A DNA stretch of 64,000 nucleotides from Clostridiaceae bacterium (GTDB taxonomy: Bacteria; Bacillota; Clostridia; Christensenellales; CAG-917), in NCBI GenBank assembly GCA_031289315.1, contig JAITPR010000051.1:6426-70425 (forward strand). The letters run 5' to 3'. The first letter of the stretch is position 1. Each line of letters opens with the position of its first letter. Below the pieces are notes generated by a model that was not told the DNA's origin, ran no database searches, and saw only the letters and a list, made by a program, of their open reading frames with translations. Below are positions 48,589-58,344 of the stretch, piece by piece. The position numbers and the translations under genes were made by a program.

Positions 48589-49383
48589 CTAAAGCTTTAT
48601 GCCGTCCGGACGCCCCTCTTTATACACAAACAAATACCGGAACCCTAAGCTTTTTAAAAGCTCCGTCGCAAGGGATAGCTTTTCTCCCACGCGCCCTACC
48701 GTGTGAGCGTCCGAGCCGAACGTAACAAGCTCTCCTCCGGACGCGCGGTACTCTTTAAATATTTCCACGGACGGCAAAACATCATATGCGCCGGCGTGGG
48801 AGTTTATCTCCAACGCCTTTCCCTTATCTACAATCGTTTCCAGTATGTCTTTAATTAAATCGCGCGAATCGCCCGGCACCAACGCGGGTTCGCGGTACGG
48901 CGCCTTCCTTGCAACATAGCCTAAATGCCCCACCGTATCGAAACGGTACGGGACATCCAAGCTTTCGCGCACCGCCTTAAGATAGGCGGCATACGCCTGC
49001 TTTCTAGTACGCGCGGCGAAAAAATCCGGCGAATATAAGTCCTCGCCCTCCGTAAGGTGTACGGAATTTATCACTGTGTCAGGGTTGTATGCTGTAATAA
49101 AGTCTGCGTAATCCCCATTCGCCTCTTTGAGATAGCCGAATTCCACTCCGCGTGCCAAATACAGCTTGCCGCGGTATTTTTCTTGAAGCGCTGTCAACCC
49201 TGCGTACCATGCGGGCGCGTCCAACGGCTTTGACCATGCGAAACCGCCCAACCGCGCGCAATCAAAATCGCAATGGTCGGTAATAGCAAGATAACCATAA
49301 CCTAGCGTGAGTGCGCGTTCGGCAAGCTCCGCCGCGGTGTTTTTGCCGTCATAAGAATAAGTGCTGTGAGTGTGTCCGTCCAT
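48589..49383 (-). CDS. HisJ/HisK family PHP histidinol-phosphatase
   Basis: DGHTHSTYSYDG, AITDH, GVE, NSVH, GHL, LEINS, TFGSDAH. Confidence 0.88.
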   Translation of the reverse strand: MDGHTHSTYSYDGKNTAAELAERALTLGYGYLAITDHCDFDCARLGGFAWSKPLDAPAWYAGLTALQEKYRGKLYLARGVEFGYLKEANGDYADFITAYNPDTVINSVHLTEGEDLYSPDFFAARTRKQAYAAYLKAVRESLDVPYRFDTVGHLGYVARKAPYREPALVPGDSRDLIKDILETIVDKGKALEINSHAGAYDVLPSVEIFKEYRASGGELVTFGSDAHTVGRVGEKLSLATELLKSLGFRYLFVYKEGRPDGIKL

Positions 49384-49574
49384 ATCGGATATATTACACC
49401 ATATGTGCCGTAAAATCAAGCGCGGCGGCGTAGGTTATTTTTTAAGTCGGTGCATATTATTTTACCGTCGCGGCAAACCGAGCAAAAAAATTTCAAACAC
49501 TCCGATTTTTTTTATGAGAATTTGTTAAACATGTGCCTTATTGCCGCATAAAATGTTGCGACGGAGATGCATAC

Positions 49575-50084
49575 ATGGACGACTTCTTAATCCTACCCGA
49601 CGACAAGACGATTGAAAATTTGGCGCGCGAATACGCCAAGTTAAAAAAAACCGCCCCCATGGTGTCGGCACAAGCGTTTGAAAGACCGCATCCGCCCAAA
49701 AATCCTTCCCGCGCTAAAGCCTTGCTTGCCAAGTGCCGCCGTCTTGCGGAAAAAATTCTAACCATGCTAAAACTTAGCTCCGTATCCGTACAGGAATCCG
49801 ACTTAAATCCGGCAATGCGAAAAATACTATCCAAAAAAGAGGATTTATTAAAACAAATAGAAACATTAAATGTGCGTATCGCGGATTACGACGAAAATTC
49901 CACTGAAACGCCCAAACGCAAAGCCGTCAAAAATAGAATGCAAGCGCCGCCGCGCGAGCTGCTACTGCTTTCCGCGGACCTTCTGTTGTGCCTCGACGAG
50001 CTTTCCGACGAATGGAATATTCCCGAAATAGCCGCTATACTGCACGGCGAAACGCTTTGTTTCACTCTGCTGAACGCAATGTAA
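49575..50084 (+). CDS. Hypothetical protein
   Basis: ORF with GGAG RBS before ATG 49575; helical, no motif. Confidence 0.6.
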   Translation: MDDFLILPDDKTIENLAREYAKLKKTAPMVSAQAFERPHPPKNPSRAKALLAKCRRLAEKILTMLKLSSVSVQESDLNPAMRKILSKKEDLLKQIETLNVRIADYDENSTETPKRKAVKNRMQAPPRELLLLSADLLLCLDELSDEWNIPEIAAILHGETLCFTLLNAM

Positions 50085-50170
50085 AAGTTCGCGTAAAGCT
50101 TTAAACAAAAAAATCCAACGGTAAAATTTTACCGCCGGATTAAACTCCCGCGCTTGCCGCGCGGCTTTAT

Positions 50171-50521
50171 TTACCTTAAAGCGTTGTGCTTTTGCATGTC
50201 CACCTTACCGTCTTCAAAGGTAACCCCTTCCGCCTCCAGTCTGGCGCGGTGCTCCGCTTCGCCGCCGAACGCAAACCCCGTGCTTATGCTTCCGTCTTTA
50301 AATACGGCGCGGTGGCATGGTATTGTTTCGGGGTCCGGGTTAACGTGCAACGCCCAACCCACTCCGCGCGCCGCATGCGGCTTCCCCGCAAGCGCGGCAA
50401 TCTGACCGTAGCTTAATACTTGTCCGTACGGAATGCCCCTTACAACTGTATACACGCTTTCAAAAAACGACGGCTCTTTGGTTAATTCTTTATTTTGTTT
50501 ATCCACGTCACTCTCGTGCAT
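50171..50521 (-). CDS. MGMT/Atl family alkylated-DNA binding protein
   Basis: IPYGQVLSYGQIA, ARGVGWAL, IPCHRAV, LEAEGV. Confidence 0.9.
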   Translation of the reverse strand: MHESDVDKQNKELTKEPSFFESVYTVVRGIPYGQVLSYGQIAALAGKPHAARGVGWALHVNPDPETIPCHRAVFKDGSISTGFAFGGEAEHRARLEAEGVTFEDGKVDMQKHNALR

Positions 50522-50670
50522 AGGTTTTTTCTCCGCTCAACAAGACTTCTCCAAAGGCAAGCCTATCCCCGTCGCTTTCATTCATATTTTTTATCCTGTC
50601 AACAAGAACTTTTCCGGAGGTAAGTCTATTCTTATCACTCCCACTCATAGTCATCATTCTCTGCTCCGCA

Positions 50671-51825
50671 TTAGGCGCGATATCTTACGTTGATACCGGG
50701 CGCGTCAGTCGCGCTCATTTTAGATGGATTAAAATCCTTATTAGACCTCACGTCTATGTTGTTGTTTTTCATGTCGCGGATTATGTTATCGTACTCGGTC
50801 GTGTCAAAATTCTTGAACCGCCACGTATCCTTAGGAATACCTATTGCGCCGTCGATTGCCGCGCCCAAAGCGGTCACTACCTTGCCGCCGGGGAAGTCGC
50901 TTTCATAGCGGATTTTAAGCATATATTTAATTGCCGGCTTAACGCCCTTTATCGCGGACGTCAAAATATCTTGTGAAGCGCCGCTTCTATCCGTATCGGA
51001 CGCAATAACGATTTTTTTAAGTGCCGGCGAGTTTGCCGCGTTATATTCCGAAGCTGCCGCCGCTACGCTCTCGTACAGCGTCCCGCCCGCCGCGAAAATC
51101 AGATCCGTCGGCTCCGACGAATCCCGGAACCAATCTCCCGCCTTTGCCTTTATATCCGCCGCAAGCGCGTAAATACCGGCATAACTGTACTTTATATTAA
51201 CCGCACCAGCCACGTCCTTTGGAAGCTTAAGCTCCGTTGCCGCCGCGTTGGCGCCTTGCACAAAGCCCCACCCGTACAGCGACACCGACGAACCGCTACC
51301 GCTACCTATGAAGCCCAAATTGCGATAGCCCTCCTTCACGGCGGCGTAACCTGCAATATAGCCCGCTTGCTCCGAGCGGAAAGGTACCGCGGCTATGTTC
51401 ATGACGGCGGGAGTCAAATCCTCGTCTATTACTATAAATTTAACATTGGGGTTCGACCCGGCGGGGTCCGCTAAAATCGCCGTGAAATCCGGTCCGTAAC
51501 ATATAACCGTATCCGCACCGCCGGACAACGCCGCGTTAATCGCGGCAAGCTTTTGGCTGTCGGACGCGCCTGTGGGCATGTATGTTTTATACGTTTTGCC
51601 TGATGCCGCGGCGTAATCCTTAACGCCGTCCAAAGCGGGCGCGTTGAAGATTGGGTCGCCTTCGGAAACGGGAGAGTATACAAGAGCCATGCCGGACTTC
51701 TTTGTATTAGTTCCGCCGGTATCGCTGTCGCCGCTGCTGCCGCCCAAAAAACCGCAAGCGGAAAGCAGGAACATGCATAAAATCATTGACGCACATATTA
51801 CTGTTAGCTTTACGGTTCTGGTCAT
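50671..51825 (-). CDS. BMP family ABC transporter substrate-binding lipoprotein
   Basis: Lipobox LSAC; FN...DGV, NPNVKFIVID, FRSEQAGYIAGYAA, ILTSAIK. Confidence 0.85.
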   Translation of the reverse strand: MTRTVKLTVICASMILCMFLLSACGFLGGSSGDSDTGGTNTKKSGMALVYSPVSEGDPIFNAPALDGVKDYAAASGKTYKTYMPTGASDSQKLAAINAALSGGADTVICYGPDFTAILADPAGSNPNVKFIVIDEDLTPAVMNIAAVPFRSEQAGYIAGYAAVKEGYRNLGFIGSGSGSSVSLYGWGFVQGANAAATELKLPKDVAGAVNIKYSYAGIYALAADIKAKAGDWFRDSSEPTDLIFAAGGTLYESVAAAASEYNAANSPALKKIVIASDTDRSGASQDILTSAIKGVKPAIKYMLKIRYESDFPGGKVVTALGAAIDGAIGIPKDTWRFKNFDTTEYDNIIRDMKNNNIDVRSNKDFNPSKMSATDAPGINVRYRA

Positions 51826-51866
51826 TTGCCTCTTTCCCCCTTTGAAGAAATTAGGGTGTGTTGACG

Positions 51867-52009
51867 CTAACGGTTTTGAGCGAATTTCAGATTATTTCCG
51901 CGCATGTTAGGCAATTTCAATACCGCGCATTATAAATACACGGGAAAAATTAACGCAAACAGACGTTAAAAAACTTAGATTTTCCTAACTTACCTTGAGC
52001 TGTCAACAC
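51867..52009. repeat. ~140-bp diverged direct repeat, copy 1
   Basis: Shares GAATTTyAGATTATTTC and AAATTAACGCAAACAGACGTTAAAAAA with 54407-54552. Confidence 0.8.
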
Positions 52010-52516
52010 AGCCTCGTCCCGGTTACGCGGTCTCGCGCACCCTCCGGTAGATTTGTTTTCACCGTAGGGCGGGTTCACCGCGGATATTCCGCAACAAAAT
52101 GCATGTGTATCCCCGTTGACGGCGCACGTGCTTGAGGGTGTTTGCCCCTCATCACCAAAGCTTGAAAAGCCCGTGAAAACCGCGTGTCCGTACTGTTTTG
52201 TGCTTGTTTTTGTTTACCCGATAACCAATCCTCTTTGCCGCCGCAACAAAATCCTCTGCCTTCTGCCTTAGCGTTATTTCTTTTAATTATATATATATTA
52301 ACACGAGCAAGCGTCCGCGTCAAGACCGATTTTTATAAATGCGCTATTTATTTTTTATAATACGCGACCTTTCAATTTATTTGGGTGATTTTAGGCGGCG
52401 GTATGGCGCAAGTCTTGTTCGTAAAAAGCACTATATTTCAATATTATTGGGACTATTTTAGGTCGTAGCATAGCTGAGATAAGTGCAGAGAGGCAAAAAA
52501 ACGTCGGAACACGGGA

Positions 52517-52603
52517 GATTTATCCCATATAGCGACATAGTTTGGCGGTCTGCACTGCATACATTACACTCCACCGATTTATCCCATATGGCGATATAGT
52601 TTG
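52517..52603. repeat. Two 28-bp direct repeats separated by 31 bp
   Basis: GATTTATCCCATATrGCGAyATAGTTTG at 52517 and 52576. Confidence 0.7.
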
Positions 52604-52675
52604 TTCCCCTCCAACTAGAGAAAACGCAATTAATGCGTTTTCCCCCGATAGACTGCGGATATTTTTCTCAAACAC

Positions 52676-52704
52676 TTGTATTCCTAACTTTCTTTTGTTA
52701 TAAT
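52676..52704 (+). promoter_or_regulatory. sigmaA-like promoter for the zinc-ribbon gene
   Basis: TTGTAT-17 bp-TATAAT with TG extension. Confidence 0.5.
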
Positions 52705-52833
52705 AAATATAGGATGAAAATTCCGCGTTAGGCGTATATTCTACAACCGTCTAAGCACCCTAAAGCCGCAAAGCCTGCCCCCGCTTGCTTATATGCGGCG
52801 TAAAACTTTGTAATTTGTGAGGAAATAAAGCGT

Positions 52834-53091
52834 ATGAAAGCTCCGTGTCCCGTGTGTAAATACGAAATAACCATACCGGAAGGCATAAAAAAAGGCAAGC
52901 TCTTTTGTCCCAAATGCGCGCACATGCTTAAGCTTAGCACGCCGCCCAATTTTATAATTGCGGAATGTCCTTATTGTAGGGTGCAGTTTGAGGTATTGGA
53001 AACCGTATCCGAGGACGTAGTATGCCCGGCTTGCGGCGCCTTCCTTTCCTCCGAACCCTTACAAGGTAGAAAAGGAAAGCACATCCTTTAA
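52834..53091 (+). CDS. Small double zinc-ribbon protein
   Basis: Four CPxC pairs (CPVC, CPKC, CPYC, CPAC); GAGGA RBS. Confidence 0.8.
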   Translation: MKAPCPVCKYEITIPEGIKKGKLFCPKCAHMLKLSTPPNFIIAECPYCRVQFEVLETVSEDVVCPACGAFLSSEPLQGRKGKHIL

Positions 53092-53180
53092 TTTAAGATT
53101 TTTTTAATACGGTTCCTTTTTGCCGCGCGGCAAAAGACCCGTGAGTTTTCATGTAAAACTGGGAAAAATTAGACGATGCA

Positions 53181-53208
53181 AAAAGGCGGAGCTTCAAGCT
53201 TCGCCTTT
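53181..53208 (-). terminator. Intrinsic terminator between convergent genes
   Basis: AAAAGGCGGAGCTT-C-AAGCTTCGCCTTT hairpin. Confidence 0.6.
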
Positions 53209-53362
53209 ATACGTCGACTGAATTTCTAACCTTCCGCCGTTTTAATTCCCGATGTCCCGCGGGTTTATTTCCAACCTTCAATTGATTTCATTTCTGATTT
53301 TCCACCGGTGCTTACCGCCGCTTTTATTTCCGACCTTCCGCCGACACAACCGCGCGCGACCT

Positions 53363-54244
53363 TTACCGTGATTTTCCCAAAAAGAACAGCGCCATAACGC
53401 CGGAACCGACGTGCGCGCCTATTACGGGACCGATATGGTCTATGATTATATTATCGGTTCTGCCGGTCAAGTTTCCGACCTTTTGCGCTAAAAGGAGCGC
53501 ATCCGCATAGCGGTTGCCGTAGCCTATAAAAACACGGTCGTTTTTAAAGCCTTCTTTTTTATCCGCCATTTTATTTATCATCATTTGCAGACCTAGCTTA
53601 CGCCCAAGCATGCGATTGGTAATCTCCAGACGCCCGGAATCGGATACGTGTAACACGGGTTTAAGCTGCATGGCCTCGCCCAGTACCGCCGCGCTTTTAG
53701 ATATTCTGCCGCCGCGGTAAAGGTGAAAGAGGTCGTCGACTAAAAACACCTGCACGATGTTCTTTTTCAAGTCCTCCGCATAAGCCACAATTTCCTCGTA
53801 GGAAGCGCCCTCTTGGCGTTTTTCCAACACGTAGTAATTCAGAAGTCCCTCACCGGCGGAAGCGGCAAGCGAATCTATGACGGTAATTTTTCTTTCTGGG
53901 TATTGCTTTTTAAGCTCCTCAGCGGCGCGCAAAACGGCGGCGCATGTGCCGGATAGCGCAGAGGAAAAGCTTATATGAATTACGTCGAAGCCCTTGTCTA
54001 AAAGGTCGCTAAAGAACTCCGCCGCAGTTTCCGTGGTAATCAAAGCGGTTTGAGGCATCGCCCCGCCCTCCATTTCGCGGTAAAAATCCATCGGATCCAT
54101 GAACGGCGTATTAACTCCGTCATAAAGCGTATTGCCCATGAAATAGGTCATCGGTATAATTTTAAACCGCTCATAACTACCCCTCAACTGCTTCGGAAAG
54201 TCCGAAGTAGCGTCCGTGGTAATGTATATTTTATCGTTCATCAT
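53363..54244 (-). CDS. DegV family fatty-acid-binding protein
   Basis: ITTDATSD, PQTA, FSSALSGT, VIDSLAASAGEG, HLYRGGRIS, LKPVL, IGPVIGAHVG. Confidence 0.93.
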   Translation of the reverse strand: MMNDKIYITTDATSDFPKQLRGSYERFKIIPMTYFMGNTLYDGVNTPFMDPMDFYREMEGGAMPQTALITTETAAEFFSDLLDKGFDVIHISFSSALSGTCAAVLRAAEELKKQYPERKITVIDSLAASAGEGLLNYYVLEKRQEGASYEEIVAYAEDLKKNIVQVFLVDDLFHLYRGGRISKSAAVLGEAMQLKPVLHVSDSGRLEITNRMLGRKLGLQMMINKMADKKEGFKNDRVFIGYGNRYADALLLAQKVGNLTGRTDNIIIDHIGPVIGAHVGSGVMALFFLGKSR

Positions 54245-54406
54245 AGGCTTTTCCCTCCATCGCGGCAAAACCGATTGGCGTGTTTTTGAGCCGCTTTTAT
54301 GCAAGCACCCATGCTAAAACGCGTTTATCAAAGAGTCTATTTCTCTATCGCGGGCGATGGGCGTTCGCGTCCCGACATATATAAAGCGGTTCGCATAAGG
54401 GGGACT

Positions 54407-54552
54407 CTGACGGTTTCGGGGGAATTTTAGATTATTTCAGCGTACGTTAAGGCAATTCCGACGGTGTGTATTATAGATACACGAGAAGAAATTAACGCAA
54501 ACAGACGTTAAAAAAACTTAAATTCACCAAACTTGCCGCGAGTTTTCCACAC
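54407..54552. repeat. ~140-bp diverged direct repeat, copy 2
   Basis: See 51867-52009. Confidence 0.8.
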
Positions 54553-54756
54553 CCTGATTACTATTATATAATAAGTTCGGCATAAAAGCAAAATAAAATT
54601 TCGGCGCGCCCGCAAACTCTATAATTTGCAGACGCGCCGAAAAAATCAAAACGCCGTTGTCACCGTTCTATTTCGCCGCCGTGCAAAGCGTCGTAGCTAC
54701 ACAAAGAGCGCTCCCAATGCTTGCAAAACGTCGGGACAATCCGTACGAGGAATTTA

Positions 54757-56100
54757 CTACATCAACAGCATACCCTCTCCGGTGTCGACGACATAAAGAA
54801 TATTTATTTCCTTACCAGTCATGGCATCGATGTATATTAGATACATGCCTTCCATTTCGCCCTCGAATTCGTACGCCAATTTCTCACTACCGTCGTTACG
54901 CGGAATGAGCGTCAGGCGTCCGTCCTTAGGCGAAAGTTCCTTATCTACGCGCGCCTTAGCCTCGTCGTGAGTTAACGTCGGCTCATCTAATTGCCGTTCG
55001 ACATGGTTAAAAGCGTAGTTTCGTGAGTCTAAACCGATTATTTTGAGATTTTCGCCGGACACTTTAACCTTTACTAAATCCGGATAATACACTATTCCGT
55101 CAACGACGGGCGCAAGATTGCAATATACCGTGCCGTTAGAATCGGATACCCATACGGTTTCCATGTTCTCAAAGCCCAACTGTGTCGCAAACTCCTCTGC
55201 CGCCGCCGAACAGGCGTCCGTATCCGCGCTATCGGCGTTGACGGAAACGTCCGCAGAATACTGAATAAGACTGCCGCCCTTTTTTGCAAGCTGGGCGGAT
55301 ACGTTTACACCGTCCACCGTAAGCGAAAAATTCAAGGTGTCTATATCCGTATTCCACTCCCCGTCAAATTTTATATTTTCAAGCGCGGCGCCCTCGAAGT
55401 ACTGCGCAAGCAGTTCACGCCCACGCGTCTCGTCTATGTCGTCGCCCTTAAGCCCTTTTACCTCTTTATCCGTAAGCGAATCGCTGAACGGTCCGTCATA
55501 AATCATCTGCGGATACTCGACGCTGTTTTCGTTAAGCCCGGAGAACACCTCGCTTAAAACTCCGCCGCCGTCAAAATCCATAAACAGGTAACCGCCTTGC
55601 AACTCGTCGTGTATGCGTTGCAGTTCGCCGCGTAGGCTCTTATACATGTCGCGCATTTTGCGCAATGTTTCCTTTTCGCCGGTTGCCAATGTAACATCTA
55701 CGCCAATCTTCTTGGCAAGGAAAAAACAATAATCGCCCGTTTGATTTACAAACCTCATGGTTTCGCTTATAGACGTTTCGCGTGAGGATAGGTGCGACAA
55801 GGCGGTCGCGGCGGACTCCGTTCCCTTCCAAACCTCGTATAGAAGCTCCTCTTGCATTTCCGCGCCGGAGCTTGCCAAAAGCTTCGTCAAATTTACGTCT
55901 ATTGTTTCCACCTCGGCGACAAGTCCGTAATACGAGTTTTGATATTCGTTTTCCAACAAATTTTTATAGTTTTCCGCGTCCGCGCTTCCCCCGTACGTAA
56001 CGCCCAACGCAATGCTCAACCCTACCACCGCTAGTGACAGAACAATGAGCGAAGTGATAATTAATGATTTTTTTACGGGGGTTTTAACACTGTCCCTCAT
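54757..56100 (-). CDS. ypeB: Spore germination protein YpeB
   Basis: LENEYQNSYY.L, F.NQ.GDY, YPQMIYDGPFSD, YPDLVKVKV, YEF..YIDAMTG.E; downstream of sleB. Confidence 0.88.
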   Translation of the reverse strand: MRDSVKTPVKKSLIITSLIVLSLAVVGLSIALGVTYGGSADAENYKNLLENEYQNSYYGLVAEVETIDVNLTKLLASSGAEMQEELLYEVWKGTESAATALSHLSSRETSISETMRFVNQTGDYCFFLAKKIGVDVTLATGEKETLRKMRDMYKSLRGELQRIHDELQGGYLFMDFDGGGVLSEVFSGLNENSVEYPQMIYDGPFSDSLTDKEVKGLKGDDIDETRGRELLAQYFEGAALENIKFDGEWNTDIDTLNFSLTVDGVNVSAQLAKKGGSLIQYSADVSVNADSADTDACSAAAEEFATQLGFENMETVWVSDSNGTVYCNLAPVVDGIVYYPDLVKVKVSGENLKIIGLDSRNYAFNHVERQLDEPTLTHDEAKARVDKELSPKDGRLTLIPRNDGSEKLAYEFEGEMEGMYLIYIDAMTGKEINILYVVDTGEGMLLM

Positions 56101-56171
56101 AATATACTCCTTATAATTTTAAGCGGTTTTAACCGCCCGTTAAAGAATGCTCGTCTAGCGTGCTTTCGTCA

Positions 56172-56348
56172 TGGGAGAGGACAATTCGCGGCGACAAAAT
56201 ATTTTCGGGCTATTTTTAAGGATAAAATTGTCTAAAAGCGCCGTCCGTAGCACCGCTACGTACAAGCATTTCAGACGGGTTTCGACCCATAAGAGCTGAA
56301 ATGATTTTATTGGCAGGCAAGTCGTCACTGCGGATTGTCCACACCCTT
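56172..56348. repeat. Copy of the 5043-5114 element split by about 100 bp of extra sequence
   Basis: Left arm GGACAATTCGCGGCGACAAAATATTTTC; right arm GATTTTATTGGCAGGCAAGTCGTCACTGCGGATTGTCCACACCC. Confidence 0.55.
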
Positions 56349-56350
56349 CG

Positions 56351-57097
56351 TCACACGCAGAACTTGTGGGAACCGATTTCCAGCTTGACGGTTCTGGACA
56401 TTATCCATGCGTTTGAGGTCTTTGCCGCGTTATAGAAGTAAAGACAACCGTTTGTGGGGTCCCAACCGTTCATGGCGTCCTTAGCGGCTTTGAGCGCACT
56501 TTCGCCGGGAGCAAGGTTTATTTGCCCGTCTAAAACGGAACTGAACGCATATTGCTGATAGATTACGCCGGAAATACTGTTGGGAAATAGACTGCTTCTC
56601 ACGCGGTTAAGCACCACCGCTGCAACCGCCACTTGACCCAAATAGGGTTCGCCGCGCGCCTCTCCGTGGATACACCGCGCCAAAAGGTTTACGTCCGCGG
56701 CGCTGTATCCTCCCGTACCGGTGCCGCTACTGCTTCCCGATGACGAACTGCCGGATAGCGTTATGCCCATTGCCGCCGCCGTCTTAGCGCCGACGACGCC
56801 GTCTGCGGTAAGCTTATTGCTGCGTTGAAAATACTTTACCGCCGCTTCAGTTTGCGAACCGAAAACACCGTCCACCACGCCGGTATAATACCCCCAATTT
56901 TTCAGCTTAGTTTGTACGGCTTTTACGTCCGCGCCGCTGCTGCCTTTTTTGATGACGGTAGCTGCGGACGCCGTATCGGACACGCCCATCGTGCCGCCTA
57001 CATTGACAAACACCAATGCAACGGACAGGACAAGCATAACCGCAAGCGCGGTTAATACCGCATGATTTTCGGTAAACTTACGCTTTTTTTCTTGCAT
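56351..57097 (-). CDS. sleB: Spore cortex-lytic enzyme
   Basis: PG-binding domain (VQTKLKNWGYY..DG.FG..T), Hydrolase_2 EARGEPY.GQVAVAAVVLNR, NGWDPT.G.LYFYN. Confidence 0.95.
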   Translation of the reverse strand: MQEKKRKFTENHAVLTALAVMLVLSVALVFVNVGGTMGVSDTASAATVIKKGSSGADVKAVQTKLKNWGYYTGVVDGVFGSQTEAAVKYFQRSNKLTADGVVGAKTAAAMGITLSGSSSSGSSSGTGTGGYSAADVNLLARCIHGEARGEPYLGQVAVAAVVLNRVRSSLFPNSISGVIYQQYAFSSVLDGQINLAPGESALKAAKDAMNGWDPTNGCLYFYNAAKTSNAWIMSRTVKLEIGSHKFCV

Positions 57098-57169
57098 ATT
57101 TCTTCCTCCTACATATGTAAAGGGGGGGAATATAATCTTTAGAATACAGAGTTAAATTCTGTGACCGGC

Positions 57170-57428
57170 ACATTAAAGCCGCCGCGCAACCGGATGTGCA
57201 TTCTTCCGCTTAACCGAACCGTCCTCCGCGCAACCGGACAACGGCTTAGCTGGCTTCCGGAACCGTCTTCCACGCAACCGGATATGCATTCTTCCGTTTA
57301 ACCGAACCGTCGCCGCGCACTCACACTGCCGGTTCATTGATATTTCTAACGACGGCGGTTCATTAATATTTGGAGTCCGTGTAACGGCGGCAGTTTATTC
57401 GATACTTGGGCCGCACATAACGGCGGAG
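57170..57428. repeat. Degenerate intergenic repeats between spoIIR and sleB
   Basis: CGCAACCGGATrTGCATTCTTCCGyTTAACCGAACCGTC x2, plus CGGTTCATTrATATTT x2. Confidence 0.55.
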
Positions 57429-57429
57429 T

Positions 57430-57972
57430 TTATTCGCCGTCGCCGAAATATTTATCTATGAGTTCCTTTATTTTGGACTTGTAAACGACGTCGCCGCCGC
57501 TTCCGTCACCTACGAAGCACAGAGGGGGAAACGCCACACACCACCAATTGTCACCTTTGCCGATTCCCAATTCCACGATTAACGCGTCATAAAAGCCACT
57601 TTCAAATGTGTATTCAAGATATTCGCGCTTAGGAAATTCCTCGCGGGCAAGCCTCACGGACGCGGTATATCCAAAGCCGTTCTCTTTAAGCGCCGCATCG
57701 GCGGCAAACGCTATCCCGTCAAGCGACGCGGATATTACCGCAAGCGCTCCGTCACGGTCCTTGCACTCGACAAGTAGCGGAGTCAAAAACGAAACCACCG
57801 CGTCGCGCACTTTCAGCTTTACGTCCTGATCGGTTTTTTCGTTGCTGTTTGCGCGGATATGTATTCTTACGGCATCGCCGTACGGATTTTCTTTTTCTCC
57901 GCAACCGGCAAGCGCCAACGTGAATATCACCGACAGTGCCGCCGTCAATATTATTATTGTCTTTCTTTTCAT
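57430..57972 (-). CDS. spoIIR: Stage II sporulation protein R
   Basis: RIHIRANSN...DQ.VKLKVRD, FPKREY, G.YDAL...LG...G.NWWCVAFPPLCF. Confidence 0.93.
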   Translation of the reverse strand: MKRKTIIILTAALSVIFTLALAGCGEKENPYGDAVRIHIRANSNEKTDQDVKLKVRDAVVSFLTPLLVECKDRDGALAVISASLDGIAFAADAALKENGFGYTASVRLAREEFPKREYLEYTFESGFYDALIVELGIGKGDNWWCVAFPPLCFVGDGSGGDVVYKSKIKELIDKYFGDGE

Positions 57973-58344
57973 GCTTCATTCTCCCTATGCGGTAAATTAA
58001 GTCAAAACGGCTTATTTTATCCGCGTACGTCAATTATTCCCACTCTCCCGCCAATTTAAACCGCCCCGACACCTTTCCAAATCCTCTTACCGCTTTTCCC
58101 TTATAAGGGGCAAGTAATAAAATAAGTTTGCCCCAGTCAATATGCTATTAGTCAATCGGTTTTTGGCGGATTGAATTTTTATATTTCCACTCAAAATGCA
58201 TCTGAACAAGAGAATTTTTTAGTAATTTCATAATTCCGTATTTATAGAACCGCGGCAAAGTGTTTGCCAAAATTGCGGCTATGCTTTATAATTCTCTAAG
58301 TTACAAGTTAACGACAAAAATAGACTATACGGCAAAACACACAC

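Noticed and set aside
51826-52330. Purine riboswitch upstream of the BMP lipoprotein gene
   Set aside because: Conserved aptamer motifs (ATATGG, TTTCTACC, CCGTAAA) were not found in the expected order on the minus strand.
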